A stretch of 59,154 bases of DNA, counting the filler, from Basidiobolus ranarum (taxonomy: Eukaryota), in the NCBI GenBank assembly GCA_040143965.1. It is 5 parts of 5 records of this genome, joined end to end, with 100 filler letters (N's around TTAATTAATTAA, not from the genome) between each part and the next. Parts side by side here need not be neighbours in the genome. Positions count along the whole stretch, not along the records: positions 11,892 to 23,652 come from JASJQH010000589.1; positions 23,753 to 35,512 come from JASJQH010000590.1; positions 35,613 to 47,342 come from JASJQH010000591.1; 2 more parts are not named here. One strand, 5' to 3'. Every line of letters starts with the position of its first letter. Positions within the stretch are counted from its first letter, which is position 1. Positions 23,523-36,800 of this stretch are shown in pieces. The translations under genes were made by a program, and so were the position numbers. Under the pieces are notes generated by a model that saw nothing but the letters and a program-made list of their open reading frames with translations, was not told where the DNA came from and ran no database searches.

Positions 23523-23652
23523 TTAGGGGGATGAAAAGCACCAGATGGTGTAGACTTTATTTAGCTCAAAAACTAATCTAAACAAAGTGACAATCAAGAA
23601 ATCAATCTTTTAAGATATTGTGACAATACTGGATCATATCCATACTTAACCT
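23523..23652 (-). repeat. Repeat terminus shared with 36313-36440 (possible non-LTR 3' end)
   Basis: ttagggggatgaaaag(c/t)a followed by similar AT-rich sequence at both sites. Confidence 0.4.
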
Positions 23653-23752
23653 NNNNNNNNNNNNNNNNNNNNNNNNNNNNNNNNNNNNNNNNNNNNTTAA
23701 TTAATTAANNNNNNNNNNNNNNNNNNNNNNNNNNNNNNNNNNNNNNNNNNNN
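23653..23752. other. Assembly gap with artificial linker
   Basis: N block plus TTAATTAATTAA. Confidence 0.97.
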
Positions 23753-25425
23753 CACAAAACCCTTAGGATATTGCAGTTATAGTTACTGCTTACACCCTAA
23801 AACAACCACAGCAGAATGTGTTGCTACTACTGTATATCTAAAGAATAGCAGTTTTACTAGAAGTCTCTCTAGCTCTACACCATATCAAGCTTGGTTTGGA
23901 GTTAAACCTGATGTAAAATGTTTGAGGATCTTTGGATGCATTGCTTATGTGAAACATTACCAAAAATTGGTCTAAATTGCATCCAACAAGTAAGAAATGC
24001 GTAGTGCTGTGTTATTGTAATCAAACTGAGGCTTATTGACTCTGTGATACCAGTATTTTAAAGTCAATCAAGTCCAGGGATGTTTTTGTTGAAATTATTT
24101 AGGGAGAAATATTGTTCTGGCCAGGATTTGAACCTGGGACCTCCTTCACACTAGCAAGGTGCTCTAACCACTGAGTACCAGTCCTTGTATGCTATGCCTA
24201 TATTGCTAGGGAACCTCAACCTAGTCTGTCAATATATGGTACTTGGGCATTTCAGCTTTACAAGCAACTGATTGGCCTTAGGCTTTGTGTTCAGATGCAG
24301 TCACCATACTCCATATTTTCCTCTTTTGGAATTACTGCTTGTACCACAAGTCACCAGACTTTCAACAGTTTTGGTTTACAAAAATGAAAAATCTTCACCC
24401 AAAATGACCACAGATAGTAACAAAAATCAATTTTCTATTGATCCAATAATTCAAGTTGATTTAAGCCAAACAATGAAGAAATGGCATTCCTGTGGACCCT
24501 TCAACCAAGATTCTGCCTACCAAAGTCCCTAATATAATGCCAGAAGCTGTAGTACCTTTATCCCATGCTTATGTCACACATATTCAGGATCAAACTTTGA
24601 TCTGATGGGATATGGAGATGCAACTTGGTGAAGAGATATTGAAGACTGGAGATCCACTACTGGATACTTATTTCTTTGCTATAATGAAGCTATTTCTTTA
24701 AATTCAAACAAACAGCCTAAGCACTTTCAACAACAGAAGCTGAATACATGGCCACCTGTGAAGCAACAACAGAGGCAATATTACTGAAAAAACTCTTAAC
24801 AGATTTGGTTATTCTCAAGATTCACCAACTAAAATAGTTGAAGTTAATCAAAGTTGTGTTAAATGAGCTAAAAACCCCATGTTTCATAATAGAAGCAAAG
24901 ATATAGATAATAGAAATCACTTCATTAGAGAGACTATAGAGAATAAGTTATTGACTTAGTTTATTGTTGTACTGAAGACATATTGGCAATATATAACCAA
25001 ACCATTGGCTAGACATAAGTTTGAGAAATTTAGACCTTCCTTAGGATCAGTATATATGACTATTTAGTTGACAGAGAGCATCAAATTAGTATTGCCTAAG
25101 CACCTATATAGTTGTATATAGCTTAGTACTTAGGTACCATATATTTCACCAGGATATTACTTAGTATTCTAAATTGAAATTTACTTAGAGTAGTTTTACC
25201 AAATAAGATGTTCTTGGATATATAGATTTTGCAAACTTGTACTAGAGGCTCTAAACTTTGAACACATGTTCCAGGGACCTTCCTTTGCACATTGTACATG
25301 TTAGCTTTTTTACATCTTGAAAAAACTATAAATGTCAACTTTCTACTCAATAAATCAATAAGTGAAAACCACCAATCTCTCTAATTTTCCAAACCACCTC
25401 CAACAGGCTCCCAAGTACTTTAACA
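23753..25425 (+). mobile_element. Degenerate Ty1/copia retrotransposon: integrase end, RT/RNase H relics, 3' LTR ~25080-25425
   Basis: TPYQAWFGVKPDVKCLRIFGCIAYV; SRDVF; GYGDATW; RSTTGY; STTEAEYMA; NPMFHNRSK. LTR homologous to 34604-34950 and 48182-48525. Confidence 0.85.
24113..24184 (-). pseudogene. tRNA-Thr(AGT)-derived sequence (pseudo-tRNA or SINE head)
   Basis: GGACTGGTACTCAGTGGTTAGAGCACCTTGCTAGTGTGAAGGAGGTCCCAGGTTCAAATCCTGGCCAGAAC: A and B boxes, T-arm CCAGG/CCTGG, AGT anticodon; acceptor stem and D-arm defective. Confidence 0.7.
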
Positions 25426-28400
25426 ACCACAACTTCTGGCATTGTATTGGGTATATACACTTGCTCTAGCTCTTGACATCATTAGTGCTGAAGGCTTGTT
25501 GTATCAAGGCTGCTTGATTTATGCTTGACCAGCCTGCTCAAACTAAAATCTAAACATATTAGTGGCTAAATAAACGTCTGTAACAGGGAGAAATGAGAAA
25601 GTAATACTGATCAAAAGCTTGCCAGAGCTACAAAGTACCATTAAAAGCAGCGAATGTCACAAGCAAAATGTTAATTTATGTTTATTAGTGGAGATCTATC
25701 CCAAGTGATCAAGATAGCGGCTAAAACAAAGGTAAACAGAGGAATTTATCTATTATTCGCATCTTGTTGGGACCTCATGCACCAAAGTATTTTCTACAGT
25801 AGTGCTTATTTACTCAGAGCATGCCGCTGACACCACAAAGGTGTAATAACTATTTGATTTTGGCTCAAATCAGAGAAGCAAGTGGCAACCTGAGATACTG
25901 GAGTTTATCTGAATCTTTGTGTAAGTGTTCAACTAACTCTTCCAAATTTGGAAAAGCTCTACTACGGGAGAGGCTATTCAAAAAATTAGCACTATCGAGC
26001 TACATTACTTAGCAACAGGTACTTTTATGGCTATTCAGTGCTAACTTCGTTACAAAATGACGTACATATTTATCACTCTCTGGGGCTAAGCAGGTAAGAT
26101 ACAGATTTTCAAAGCAATACGACTTCATGGTTGTAGAATTAAATATTGTGTGTCATATCCAGGAATCCACGGTACATTCATTGGAAAGATCTTCAGTTTG
26201 GCCGAGAATAAATGACGGCTCCTCATGCAACTTTCCATCCGAAGTAGAGTTCCAGATTAAATCTTGATGCAGGCCATTACTTCATGACTATTAAATACAG
26301 ATACTAAAGCTGTCTTACCGAACTATCATCAACAACTGGCCTTTCGATTGTCACGTGGAAAATTCAATATTACAGTATAGATATCCTGGGAATATGCTGC
26401 AAGTTAATGGGAGGCTCTGCATTTTGCGACGACTAGAAGTATTTGTTACTTTGATGGGTATGCTACCAATTGAGAATATTCCACTGCGGCTGCATTGAAG
26501 CAAATACCCCTTCCTATGTAGAGAGCAAGTGCCATTACTAATCCTCTTCAGTGGAATTCACATGGGGTGACAGGATTAGGGTTTTTGCTATAGACTTCTA
26601 TGCAAGTTTTGCTTGTTCGGTTCAGTACTATGCAAGACACTTAGACACGCAATATCCAGTGTGATCATCCTCTGGTAGTCACATTCTAGATAGGTCCCTG
26701 TAAATATCCATCATTTGGTGTATTTTTAACTGTTCCACGAAAGTAATTGTAGTTACAAAAAAGTACAGCTATAAAACCAGTTTTGACCTGGCAGGGGTCT
26801 AGTAATAGAACTGGTACGCATCTTGAGCTATCCTGTCATGTAATCCGCTAGAAACTAGCTAGCTTCGTATTACTAGGTTGAGAATATCTGAAAGACATAG
26901 AATTGAATGGATTAAGACGAATTGTGGTTCTTACCTTACAAATTGGATATAACTTAATTGCAAACCAGGCCTGCTTTCTAAATCGGATGTTTTGTCTCAG
27001 TATGGTGATTTCTGGTCGAATTGCATAGAAAGCTCTGTTAGTTGTATGGTAAACGAATGACCGGTAATGCTGCTACTAGCCAACTGTAGCTCTATAGTCA
27101 TAAATTTCAAAGGTACTGCTACATTGTGTGAAATGTCTTCTATGTACTACCAATAAGTGTGCACTAGTAAATGCTTGGAATCGTAGATTGATATATCGAC
27201 CATACCAAAGCCCAGTTGCGTTATAATTATGTTGTGACTATTAGTGATAATTTTCAAATTCTCTCTTCCTCATGAATGATTCCATCATGTGGGTGGGTTA
27301 GACTAATTATTTCATTCCTTACTAATGAAACGTTGTTCAGGTTTTTTTGGCCACTTTACTCAAGCCTACAAGTAGTTTGGTTACTTTCTCCTCGATAGAT
27401 GTTATTTCAGTGCAACTATTAGGTGGAACTAACCTTACTCCCTGACCCTCATATTAAATACACGGGAGATGCGACGATAAGCAGATAGAAAATATAGTAG
27501 TAAATTGCGATTGGATTCAAGATCCCATACTATAAGTACTTGTAAAATATGCAACAGAGGACACATAAATACCAATGTTGGTTAACATTGGGTTTTAAGT
27601 GCCTAGTAAGCTAAACTAAACAGGAAGCAATATTTCCAATCACAATACCTGGGAACCTGAAATGTCTACCATTCCACAGCAAGGGAGGTTAAATGAAATC
27701 GGCATACAACTTGCATTGGATATGACTCCTATGCCTGGGTCTGCAGTTGCATACACTACCTGTATTCACCTGTCATGTAACGGCTTTGAATAAGATGCTG
27801 TAGCTTCCTTGCAACGATTGTCAGAGTACAAAATAACAGTTATCGTAGCCTTTGATTTGGTGAAACAGTGGTGTAAATGCACCGGGCTTTGGCAATTTCA
27901 GAGTTTCACTGAATACCATCTACTAGTAATCAAAATACTAAAGTGACATAATGAATGGCTGAAAAAGTCATTTACATATGCATAGTTATTTCAAATAATC
28001 GGGCATTACTGACGAAAATGGGCATAATACATCTAGGATTAATATTTCTTTGAAATTGCCTATTTACGCAGTTAGCAAGTCATATTTTCGTGATTGCACC
28101 TTGTTTCTTCACGGTACCTTGATGACATAAGAGTTGCAGAATAATTTGGCCAAAAATAGTATTCTGTCTAATTTTAGATGAGTTGCAGATCAACGTTGGC
28201 TCAGAGAGTATATTGATACTGCCTCCTACTTTGAATGGCCAATGCCACATCAAATGCCACTGAGTACAAATTCCTATTTTTATCAAATATCCGGTTGTAA
28301 TTTAATCAGCGAAGTCTCTCAACCTATCTGTTGGCGTCGTAAAATTTGTTTAGTGGTTAGTGAAGTGAACAGGTTTCATTGGTTACAGAGTTTTGATATA

Positions 28401-28819
28401 GTGTTCTCATGTTTATACAAATTAAGCTTCAAACTCAGGAAATACCAGGAGGAGTTGGCAACTATGATGCATTTACTGTAATGCTATATTTGGCGCTGTG
28501 GTCGTCTGAGATTGCCATGGAGGGGGTTCATCATATACGAATTGACGCCAATCAATATCGATTCGGGCTTGGTTACATCAAATATATATTCATATATATA
28601 TCCATTTGTATTACTGTCATTTATCTGATGCTCGCCACTAATAAGATACTGCAGGAACCTCCAATTATTTTTCCCTCTTGTCACCTTCAGGAAGTGCGTT
28701 CTAGCCCAAGAGTTTTGTCTAACCTAGTGGTTGAATTCTATATACACTTATTCCTCCTTCTCCGAAATATTCTTTAAGCTCATTTCAACCGTTTTGTTTT
28801 TTACACTCCTGACATCTAT

Positions 28820-31209
28820 ATGTCCGACTTCTCTGATACACTGGTATTATTACCTTACTTCTGTCCTCAACAGTTGTAGAACTTCTCCCTTCAAACAGAC
28901 CCTAACCGACCATTGTTTTTTTTACTTCATTAAAGCAACGAGATGAAAGTGTCGAGTATGGTTGTCGTGCGATTAAAGAAATTGCTGAGCGTAATCAGTC
29001 AGAATTCGCCTCCGTAATTACTTTTTTTAAACTACGGTAAATACCTTTATTTACTTTGAGTACATTTGAAGGGAGAATATTTTCGTGAATTTTGACTAAC
29101 TTGAAACCAATATTTTAGTATGCAACTAGAAGAAGTATACTATAAGGGTTTGGAAAGGTTAACCAAGCGGCAAGATATCACTGGACATGGGTAAAGTACT
29201 TTGAAATATTCATTGGGTGGGGATGTTTACTCATACGCGTATTTTGAATTTGCCTCTATATAGTGATATTACCACTTGCTCCCATGCATTTAGCGAAATA
29301 GTAGGTAGCAGTGAAAAACTGGCGAAACACCACCGTAACTTTATGAATACTCTTGAACGTTTAATAATAGAGCCATTGGCCCAGGCTAAGGTAAAGCCAC
29401 TCTTATTAGTAGATAAAGCAGACCATAGTTACTTATGATTTGATATTTGAATATACCAGGAATATCAACAAACTCGGCTTAATATCTTGAAGATTCGAGT
29501 CAAAGGGGTCACCAAGGAATATTCTGATTTAAGGGCCCAACTTTTCCCTAAGGTATGTTATTTCTCTCAAGTAGTCAGTATTTCTCTGACTAAAATGGTT
29601 TATTGCTTTTGAATTAGTTGAAAAGAAATTACATCAACAAGTGCAAAGAGTATTATGAACGTTCTATGGAAGACGAAGAGGATGCCATTGATTTTACTAG
29701 AACCTTTAACAACAATAAAACCACCAAAGTAAGCATATATCTATTAATCCTCTGATATATTCCTGTAATCACTAAGCTCATATATTCTCTCTAGTTCTTG
29801 CAGCGACAAACCAAAGCTCGAAAAGATATGGAGTCTGCAGGTAAAGTCCAAGCTCTTTTCTAGTAATCTGTTCTATGTATCTGACCTATCAACCCTGTAG
29901 ATGAGGATTATCGTCGCGGGGTACAATCCTTAGAGCGAGTTCGTCAACGGCACATTGAGGTGATGAAGATGGCTAATGAAGAGTGCCGCAGACTGGAGAA
30001 CCAAAGAGTCGACGTCATCAAAAGTGGACTCAATATCTTTCAGCAATCCGAATACGCTCTGTGCGAAAAAGCCAAGATGGTAGGCAATCGAAACTAAAAT
30101 GGATTCTACAATCTTTCAATTGAACTAATCCATTCTAATTCACTTAGCTTTCCGAAAATATAAATATGTTCGTTTCCTGCATCAAACCAGTTATCGATGT
30201 TGAGCTATCGATGGCCACTTTGCACACTGGCAAGTCGGTGTCCCCCGCACCTGTTTATTATGAGAACTACCATGCTGGAACAACTAAAGGTTTGTACTCG
30301 TTTTCAGTATTCTCAAAGCAAGTTATTAACCTCGGGGTGTTGGTATTATTAGAGTTGATTTTTGGAGTTTCTCTTTGCGACTATTGCGAGAAAAAGAATT
30401 GCACGGTCCCGTATATTGTAGAGAAATGTATTGGTTTGATTGAAGATCAAGGTAATTTTCTTTTCTTCATTCTGATGATGGAAACTCCTCTAAACTCAAG
30501 CTCTAGGACTCGAAAAGCAAGGGTTATATCGCGTCTCTGGGAATAAAGCTCAAATCGAGAATCTACGTCATGCATTTGAGCAAGATGAAAATATTACCTT
30601 TGGAAGTGAGTTGAACGTCTCTGCCTTGGCAAGTTTATTGAAAAGTTACTTCCTGAAGTTACCTGAGCCTTTGTTCAACTTTCCTTCTGAGCGTAGAATT
30701 GAATATTCAAGTAAGTATAAATACGAGGATGAGTTAGTCGAGTGTAGACTAACAAGTTTGCTCATCACAGAAATCAAGGATGAGTTCATTCGTTTGGAGT
30801 TTCTTCGCCAAGAACTCAAATTGCTTTCCCCTCCGCATTATGATACTTTGAGATATCTGGTGAATCATCTTGGCCGGTAAACATCAGATTGTTTTTTTCC
30901 TCATTAATAAGCAGATGACTAATACCGTTGTTTTGTAGCATCGCCCAATTCTCTGAAACGAACAAAATGACACCATATAACTTATCGCTTATCTTCACTC
31001 CGGTCATTTTTCAAGATACCCCCGAGACCAAACGAACCAACTCTATCTATGAATGGCAATATGATAATGTATTAGAAGATATGATATCGAACACTACCAA
31101 AGTGTTCGATATTCCGCCGTTCGCACAACTCAACAAGCCTTTGGCAAAGTCAAGAACCACCAGCAAAGTCGGAAACATCTTTCGACTGTTCCCAGGCTAT
31201 AGCAAATGA
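28820..31209 (+). CDS. F-BAR (FCH) plus RhoGAP protein, Rgd1-like, multi-exon
   Basis: F-BAR helices (FFKLRMQLEEVYYKGL; ADEDYRRGVQSLERVRQ); RhoGAP motifs IFGVSL, VPYIVEKCI, QGLYRVSG (Arg finger), LLKSYFLKLPEPLF, NKMTPYNLSLIFTP. Start exon approximate. Confidence 0.85.
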
Positions 31210-34200
31210 GACCGCTATGTGGAAACGGAACTCGGTGTCTAAAGTTCTTTGCTGGCCATTGATTGGCTGTGAAATATACACGAGCAATCTTTTCAACGAT
31301 CGTGCTTCCTCAAATTAGACGAAGGGCATCTTAATTCACATATAATATTGCCCTTCGTTTCATATTTAATTTGTTCTGTAAATAGCCCTATTGAGCACAT
31401 CCCTTGTGTTGTTTTGGTATCTAATTACTTTAATTTACTATGTATTTCCACCCCTCCATCACATTCGTGTGGTTAATGATTTTTTGATTATCTACTAATT
31501 TTCAAGAGTTTTGGGCTTAGCTTCCAAACCATTCATCATTCTGCATTGTATCATGCCTTTCGATCCTCGAGTCATAATAAACAACAAATCTTTTGCGCTA
31601 ATATTCATATGCCATACTGACATCAATTCAAAAGCATCGCTAAGAGCTCTTGAGCCCAAGAATGCTTGAAGAAACGCTGCAACTGACCAATAACCAGTAA
31701 TATCGATTACGAGTAGTGGATACGTTGTGTTTATCTTGGTATTTACTGTGTACATTGTGGATATTATAACATGGGGCGTCATATTTTATTATGGATGTTA
31801 GAGCTCGGTTCAAGTATCTATAAAGTATGTTTGGTATTGGGCCAAAGATGGTGGACTTGGCACATCATCGTAACGTTGGAAGTATTAGCGCGGAATGTCT
31901 ATATCGCCATATAGATATTTTGTTCGTCGTATTCTACAGCTCTTCAAAAACCTTAATGCATGACACTGTAATAGTATATATATCTAAAATACCAGTAGAG
32001 TGCTGATTTATCCTTTAGTCTTTATTTATTTTGCTCTTTTAGCATATCGAATGCCTTAGAGTACTTTTAATATGCCTAGATATTACTATTGCGCTCAAAT
32101 ATACTGATGAAAGCAAGCCACTGATATACTTCGTGGGTTGAAGTTTGATATTTAAATCCTTGGAGTTAATTGATAAAAGTTTGTAAGTGGCACAATTTCT
32201 TCAAGGTGGCAAGGTCATTACAAAGAATAGAGTGAATAGTAAATGACATAGTAGAGAGATGTGTAAGCACTGAGAATTAATAAAGTCATTATTGAACTAC
32301 AGGTGTCCAACAATGTTACTTTTATTTGCCCTAATTCTTCAAGCATCATGGCCAAGTTACAGGCCATTTATCACATTCTGGCTAGTTATCTGTACATAGT
32401 GAAATATTACTGGATCTAAATTCACAACATATATCTAGAATATATGCAAAGCATGAATGCATTGGTAGAGTTGCAGCTAGTATTTCAAAAATATCTAGCA
32501 AGGTCTTAGATGACAAATCCTACTCTCATAGATGCTTTGAATACAACTATATTGTATGCATTGAGTGTCATTTCAAAGTTGTTAATATTTCAACTCTAGT
32601 AACTTTTAGTAGAATCCAAGGTACTTGGACACTTATAACCTGAACTGCTGCAAAGTGCTGTGCTACTGGATGTTAGATGTAAATATCTAAAAAGCTGAGA
32701 AGTTTAAATGTTTAGTTATAGTAATATTGGATTTCTCAGGATGATTGGTAGTAAAACATCTTAAGAAAATATTGTTTATACATACTTGTTTATTGGTTTG
32801 AACTTTGGTATCTGTACCTGTTTTTGTTATTCTAAAAACTCATAATGGTGTCATGGTTGGGAAGATGTTATGATACTTTGTAGAAAGTTGGGTGGCTAAG
32901 GATAACTCAGGAATATGAGCAAAAACTCAACATTCCTGAATTTTAAAAATATAAATCAAATAGGTACAGAATTAATTCACAGTACAAGTTAATTTCTAGC
33001 AACGTCCAATAGCTAACTTAAATGTAAATGGAAACACATATGTGTGCTTCACCACATCAGACTTGAAGTTCAAATTTCATATGCTAGTGTCTATGCTCCT
33101 ATTTTAAGTATTAAAAGTAAAGCAAAATAACTGGTAAGATATTGAGGTATATAGACAGCTATACATGACTCAATAGAAGATAATGGAATAAGTGGATATT
33201 TTGAATACTATCTCATATGTGACTGATTATTCATCTATACCAAGACTTGCCTGACATAACCACCATTGTGTACACTGAATAGTAAGGTTTAACGTAAACA
33301 CTATAAAGACAAATGCTGGTGAGTCATTATATCCCAGAATCTTCCTGTCTGAATATTCCATATGCTTCCAATACTTTTCCATGCCAAAAATGATCTATAT
33401 CCTAATGTTTGCCAAATCATCAGGTATTTTGTAGGTGGTTGCAATATGAAAATTTTGTGACACCAAAGAAGTTTTCTCAAAAGCTAGAAGTTCTTATTTG
33501 AAGTATCTTTGAAACAAATTAATATGGAGTTGAGATGGTGTGTGACTTAATGGGATTACTTAGGAATGATGAAAAATATAAAGATTAGAACTTTGTGCTT
33601 AATTGATTCAAAATTATGCTTCAATATAAGCAGGTATATAATAAAAACAGAGCCAAGACAGATATAAGTTCATAAGGTAGGCTGGAATTTGCAAGTCATA
33701 TATTATGGAGCTTTGAACCAATGGAGGATCTTGAATGTTTAATGTATATGCTGAGCAAACAAGAATTAAGTACACATAATCAAATCTGAGGTATGCAGAA
33801 TGCTCTAGAAAATAAATATATGTTGTTCAAATGTCAAAAATGCTGGAAAAGATTGATCTTTTACTAACTCAGCTAAAGCACTCCAAATCTTACTGCCAAC
33901 TTCATGCACCCTGTAGAAGCACACTCCTAATGATACTTTCTTTCATTTTGAGAAGTAGTAGTGATACTAATTCCCAATGGAATAAATTACTGAGTGCAAG
34001 TTATGTATTCCTTCACACAGCCACTAATGCCCCAATCCTATATATTCAAAGAAAATCCACTTGATAACTTTTTAACTTTTACCTTATTCTTATGTTGGTT
34101 GTGATACATAGTTAACTTGTAATGCTAAGACCTAGAATTTGGTCCAAAAGCTTATGAATATTGACAATGACAGATTCAATATGCTTCAATATATATGGGG

Positions 34201-34603
34201 AAAAGTGTGAATTGAACCAGTAAAGAGCAAAGATTGGACTACCTTACTGATCCAAGTGAAAAGCTCAATGACTCAGATTGACCAAGTATTTCCAAATATT
34301 TGGTCATAGTAAGGATAGACTTGGCCAATTTTAATTAGAAGCTAAGGTCCATAGATATGTTGCCTTGCTGCACAAGATAAAGGTAACACTACTAAAGATG
34401 ACAAAGGCTAATTATGCATTAGATCCAGCTTTAAAATTAGTCATCTCTTACTTGAAATCTAAACTGACTTTGACATGACAAACAAGTTCATATGATGAAT
34501 AACTTACCTTGTTTCTTACTATCATTGAGTTTGGCAAATGGTTGTACCTTTTATCCACAGGTTTTTGGATCAAGCTTTACATACTGCACTAAATGGCTGA
34601 TAC

Positions 34604-35512
34604 TGTTGAAGTTAGCATTGCAAAATACTTGTATAGTCAAATATTCACTAGTGTTTTGTTATCCTATATTTCACCAAGATAATAACTACTAATATCAGTT
34701 GAAATTTACCTAGAATATTCTTACAAACATCAACGTTCTTAGATAAACATATCATTCTAACTTATGCTGGAAGCCCCAAACTTTGCAAGCATGCTCCTGA
34801 GACCTTCCCTAACCCATTCTACATGTTACCTTGTTAACATTGTGACAAAAGTATGAGTTTTAACTCTCTACTCAATAAATCAATAAGTGCAAACAACCAA
34901 TTTCTCTAATTCTCTCAATAACTTCCAACAGACTCCCAAATACTTTGACAGGTCATGAGTCCTAACCTTGCACTCTCTTTAATGACTACACAAATATATG
35001 GAACTTTTCCCTCTTATAACAAATTCAATGGAAACAATTGTCAAGTTGGGAAAATTAAAATGAAAATGTAGCTGCAAGAAAAAGGACTTTGAGACGTTGT
35101 TGCAAAAGAAGAAAATAATGTAAAACTATCTGAAACCAAAGTTCTACTCCAGATTAAGCAAGAACAAAGTACCATTATCACAATTTGTCTTGATGTTAAA
35201 GATACATTACAGTTTCAATGTTTAAGAGCCAAACTATCAAGAAGGTAACCCTAACAGAAATTTGAGGATTATTATTGTAGGAAAACCATCACAATTTTAA
35301 TCCATTTGGGATGGACCATTTACTTACCATCATAAAATTGTCAAGTTAGATTTGCTTTTAATCAATTTATTCAGTTTCAGGAGTGATATTTCAAGATCTC
35401 ACAAAATAGTTGCACATGATTGGCTAAAATCTCAGAGAACTATGGATCAACACATGTGCAAAAAACATAACTCAAATTTTACACAATTACCACTTGAATG
35501 CTAATTTGTCAC
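34604..35512 (+). mobile_element. Copia 5' LTR (34604-34950), PBS (34951-34962) and degenerate gag start
   Basis: LTR TGTTGAA...TTTGACA; PBS GGTCATGAGTCC; gag-like KFNGNNCQVGKIKMKM.LQEKGL*DVV. Confidence 0.8.
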
Positions 35513-35612
35513 NNNNNNNNNNNNNNNNNNNNNNNNNNNNNNNNNNNNNNNNNNNNTTAATTAATTAANNNNNNNNNNNNNNNNNNNNNNNNNNNNNNNN
35601 NNNNNNNNNNNN
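35513..35612. other. Assembly gap with artificial linker
   Basis: N block plus TTAATTAATTAA. Confidence 0.97.
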
Positions 35613-35639
35613 TCTCATCTTCCACTCTCCTCACCTTAG

Positions 35640-35991
35640 GATCGACAACAAAAATAACGTACCCATGCCTACTGCCATCACTCTAACGTTGATGAATGGG
35701 TCACCAGCCTTGTTACAAGTTGTGGAAGTGATAGGAACCAACATTCCTTCGTCAGCCGGTAAATATGAGTGGGCAATCCCCACCAATCTTTCGCCAGGAA
35801 AATATGCCATCAGAGCCTCTGGTAGCCCTGAGCCTTCATATTCTCCATTCTTCAGTGTCGTCCTTAGTGGGGGTAGTAAGGCTGATTTACCTCGCGCCAT
35901 CTCCCCTAATCCCAAACCCCCCGCTTCATCTCCACTCCAACCCGTTACAAGAAAGCTGGGTACCGATGGAAAGAGTAAAGCCAGAGGATGA
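35640..35991 (+). CDS. Last exon of a Kre9-N-like (Ser/Thr-rich GPI-anchored family domain) protein; 5' part lies in the gap
   Basis: ITLTLMNGSPALLQVVEVIGTNIPSSAGKYEWAIPTNLSPGKYAIRA...SYSPFFSV; acceptor ccttag at 35639; no hydrophobic GPI signal in the tail. Confidence 0.65.
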
Positions 35992-36307
35992 GTAATGTTA
36001 TCAGCAAATAACGCTATCAGTAAAATGATTATTCGTTCACCTATTTGATTGAAAGTACCAGGTACAACTTAAAATAAACGATGTATCTGAATTGAAATAA
36101 TCATTTAGGTTATTCTTTGAGTTGCCATTACGTGACGAGATACTTGAACCCATATGAGAGCTCAGAATATCCCTCCTCAACTTATATTTCGTGACCAGCA
36201 TAAAGCTTACTGATTTTTTTCTTGCATTTAGCTTCCAATTTTATATATAAATTCTAATAACTCCACTATGAAGAGGATGATTCATATGCAATGAGTTATT
36301 AGTAGTT

Positions 36308-36800
36308 AGGGTTAGGGGGGATGAAAAGTATCAAAAAGTGTAATATTTATTTATCAGTTTAATCAAACATAATAAATAACTAGGCTAGGTTAAGATGTAA
36401 AATTAAATGACAAAGTCAAGATGTTGACAAGGATATGTTGCCCAGTAAACCACGCCTAAGAGGATTTCAGATAAAATGGAGCAAAGATTAGAGAATTCCA
36501 GAAAGGATGTGTCCTAAGTAGAGCTTTCCAGAATGGATGGAGCTAACAATAGAGTAATCCTGGTGAGCTAGGCCTAAGAGTTGTGGATAGTAAGAAGTTG
36601 CTGAGAGTTAAGAAGTAAGAGGTGAGAGTTGGGAAGGTGTCTTAGGTTCCTTTGCAGGTTAGTGTAGAAGGAGTTGTAGTACAGTAGAAGAAGAGAGAGA
36701 AGTTGGGGAGGGTGGGTGCAAATCAGAGAGTGATAGAAAAGGAAAAAACATCCACAATCCAGCAATTTATAGACAAATATCCCAAATGAGAATCCAGTTC
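36308..36800 (-). mobile_element. Possible non-LTR retrotransposon 3' end relic
   Basis: Minus strand ends AATAAA...cttttcatccccctaaccctaa; CpG-poor, pyrimidine-rich degenerate coding upstream; terminus shared with 23523. Confidence 0.3.

Noticed and set aside
24113-24184. Functional tRNA-Thr gene
   Set aside because: Two acceptor-stem mismatches, a missing D-arm base, an anticodon-stem mismatch, and location inside a decayed retrotransposon.
33640-33740. Tc1-like RLEFASH...NQWR fragment
   Set aside because: Too short and degenerate to call; noted only as part of the CpG-depleted region.
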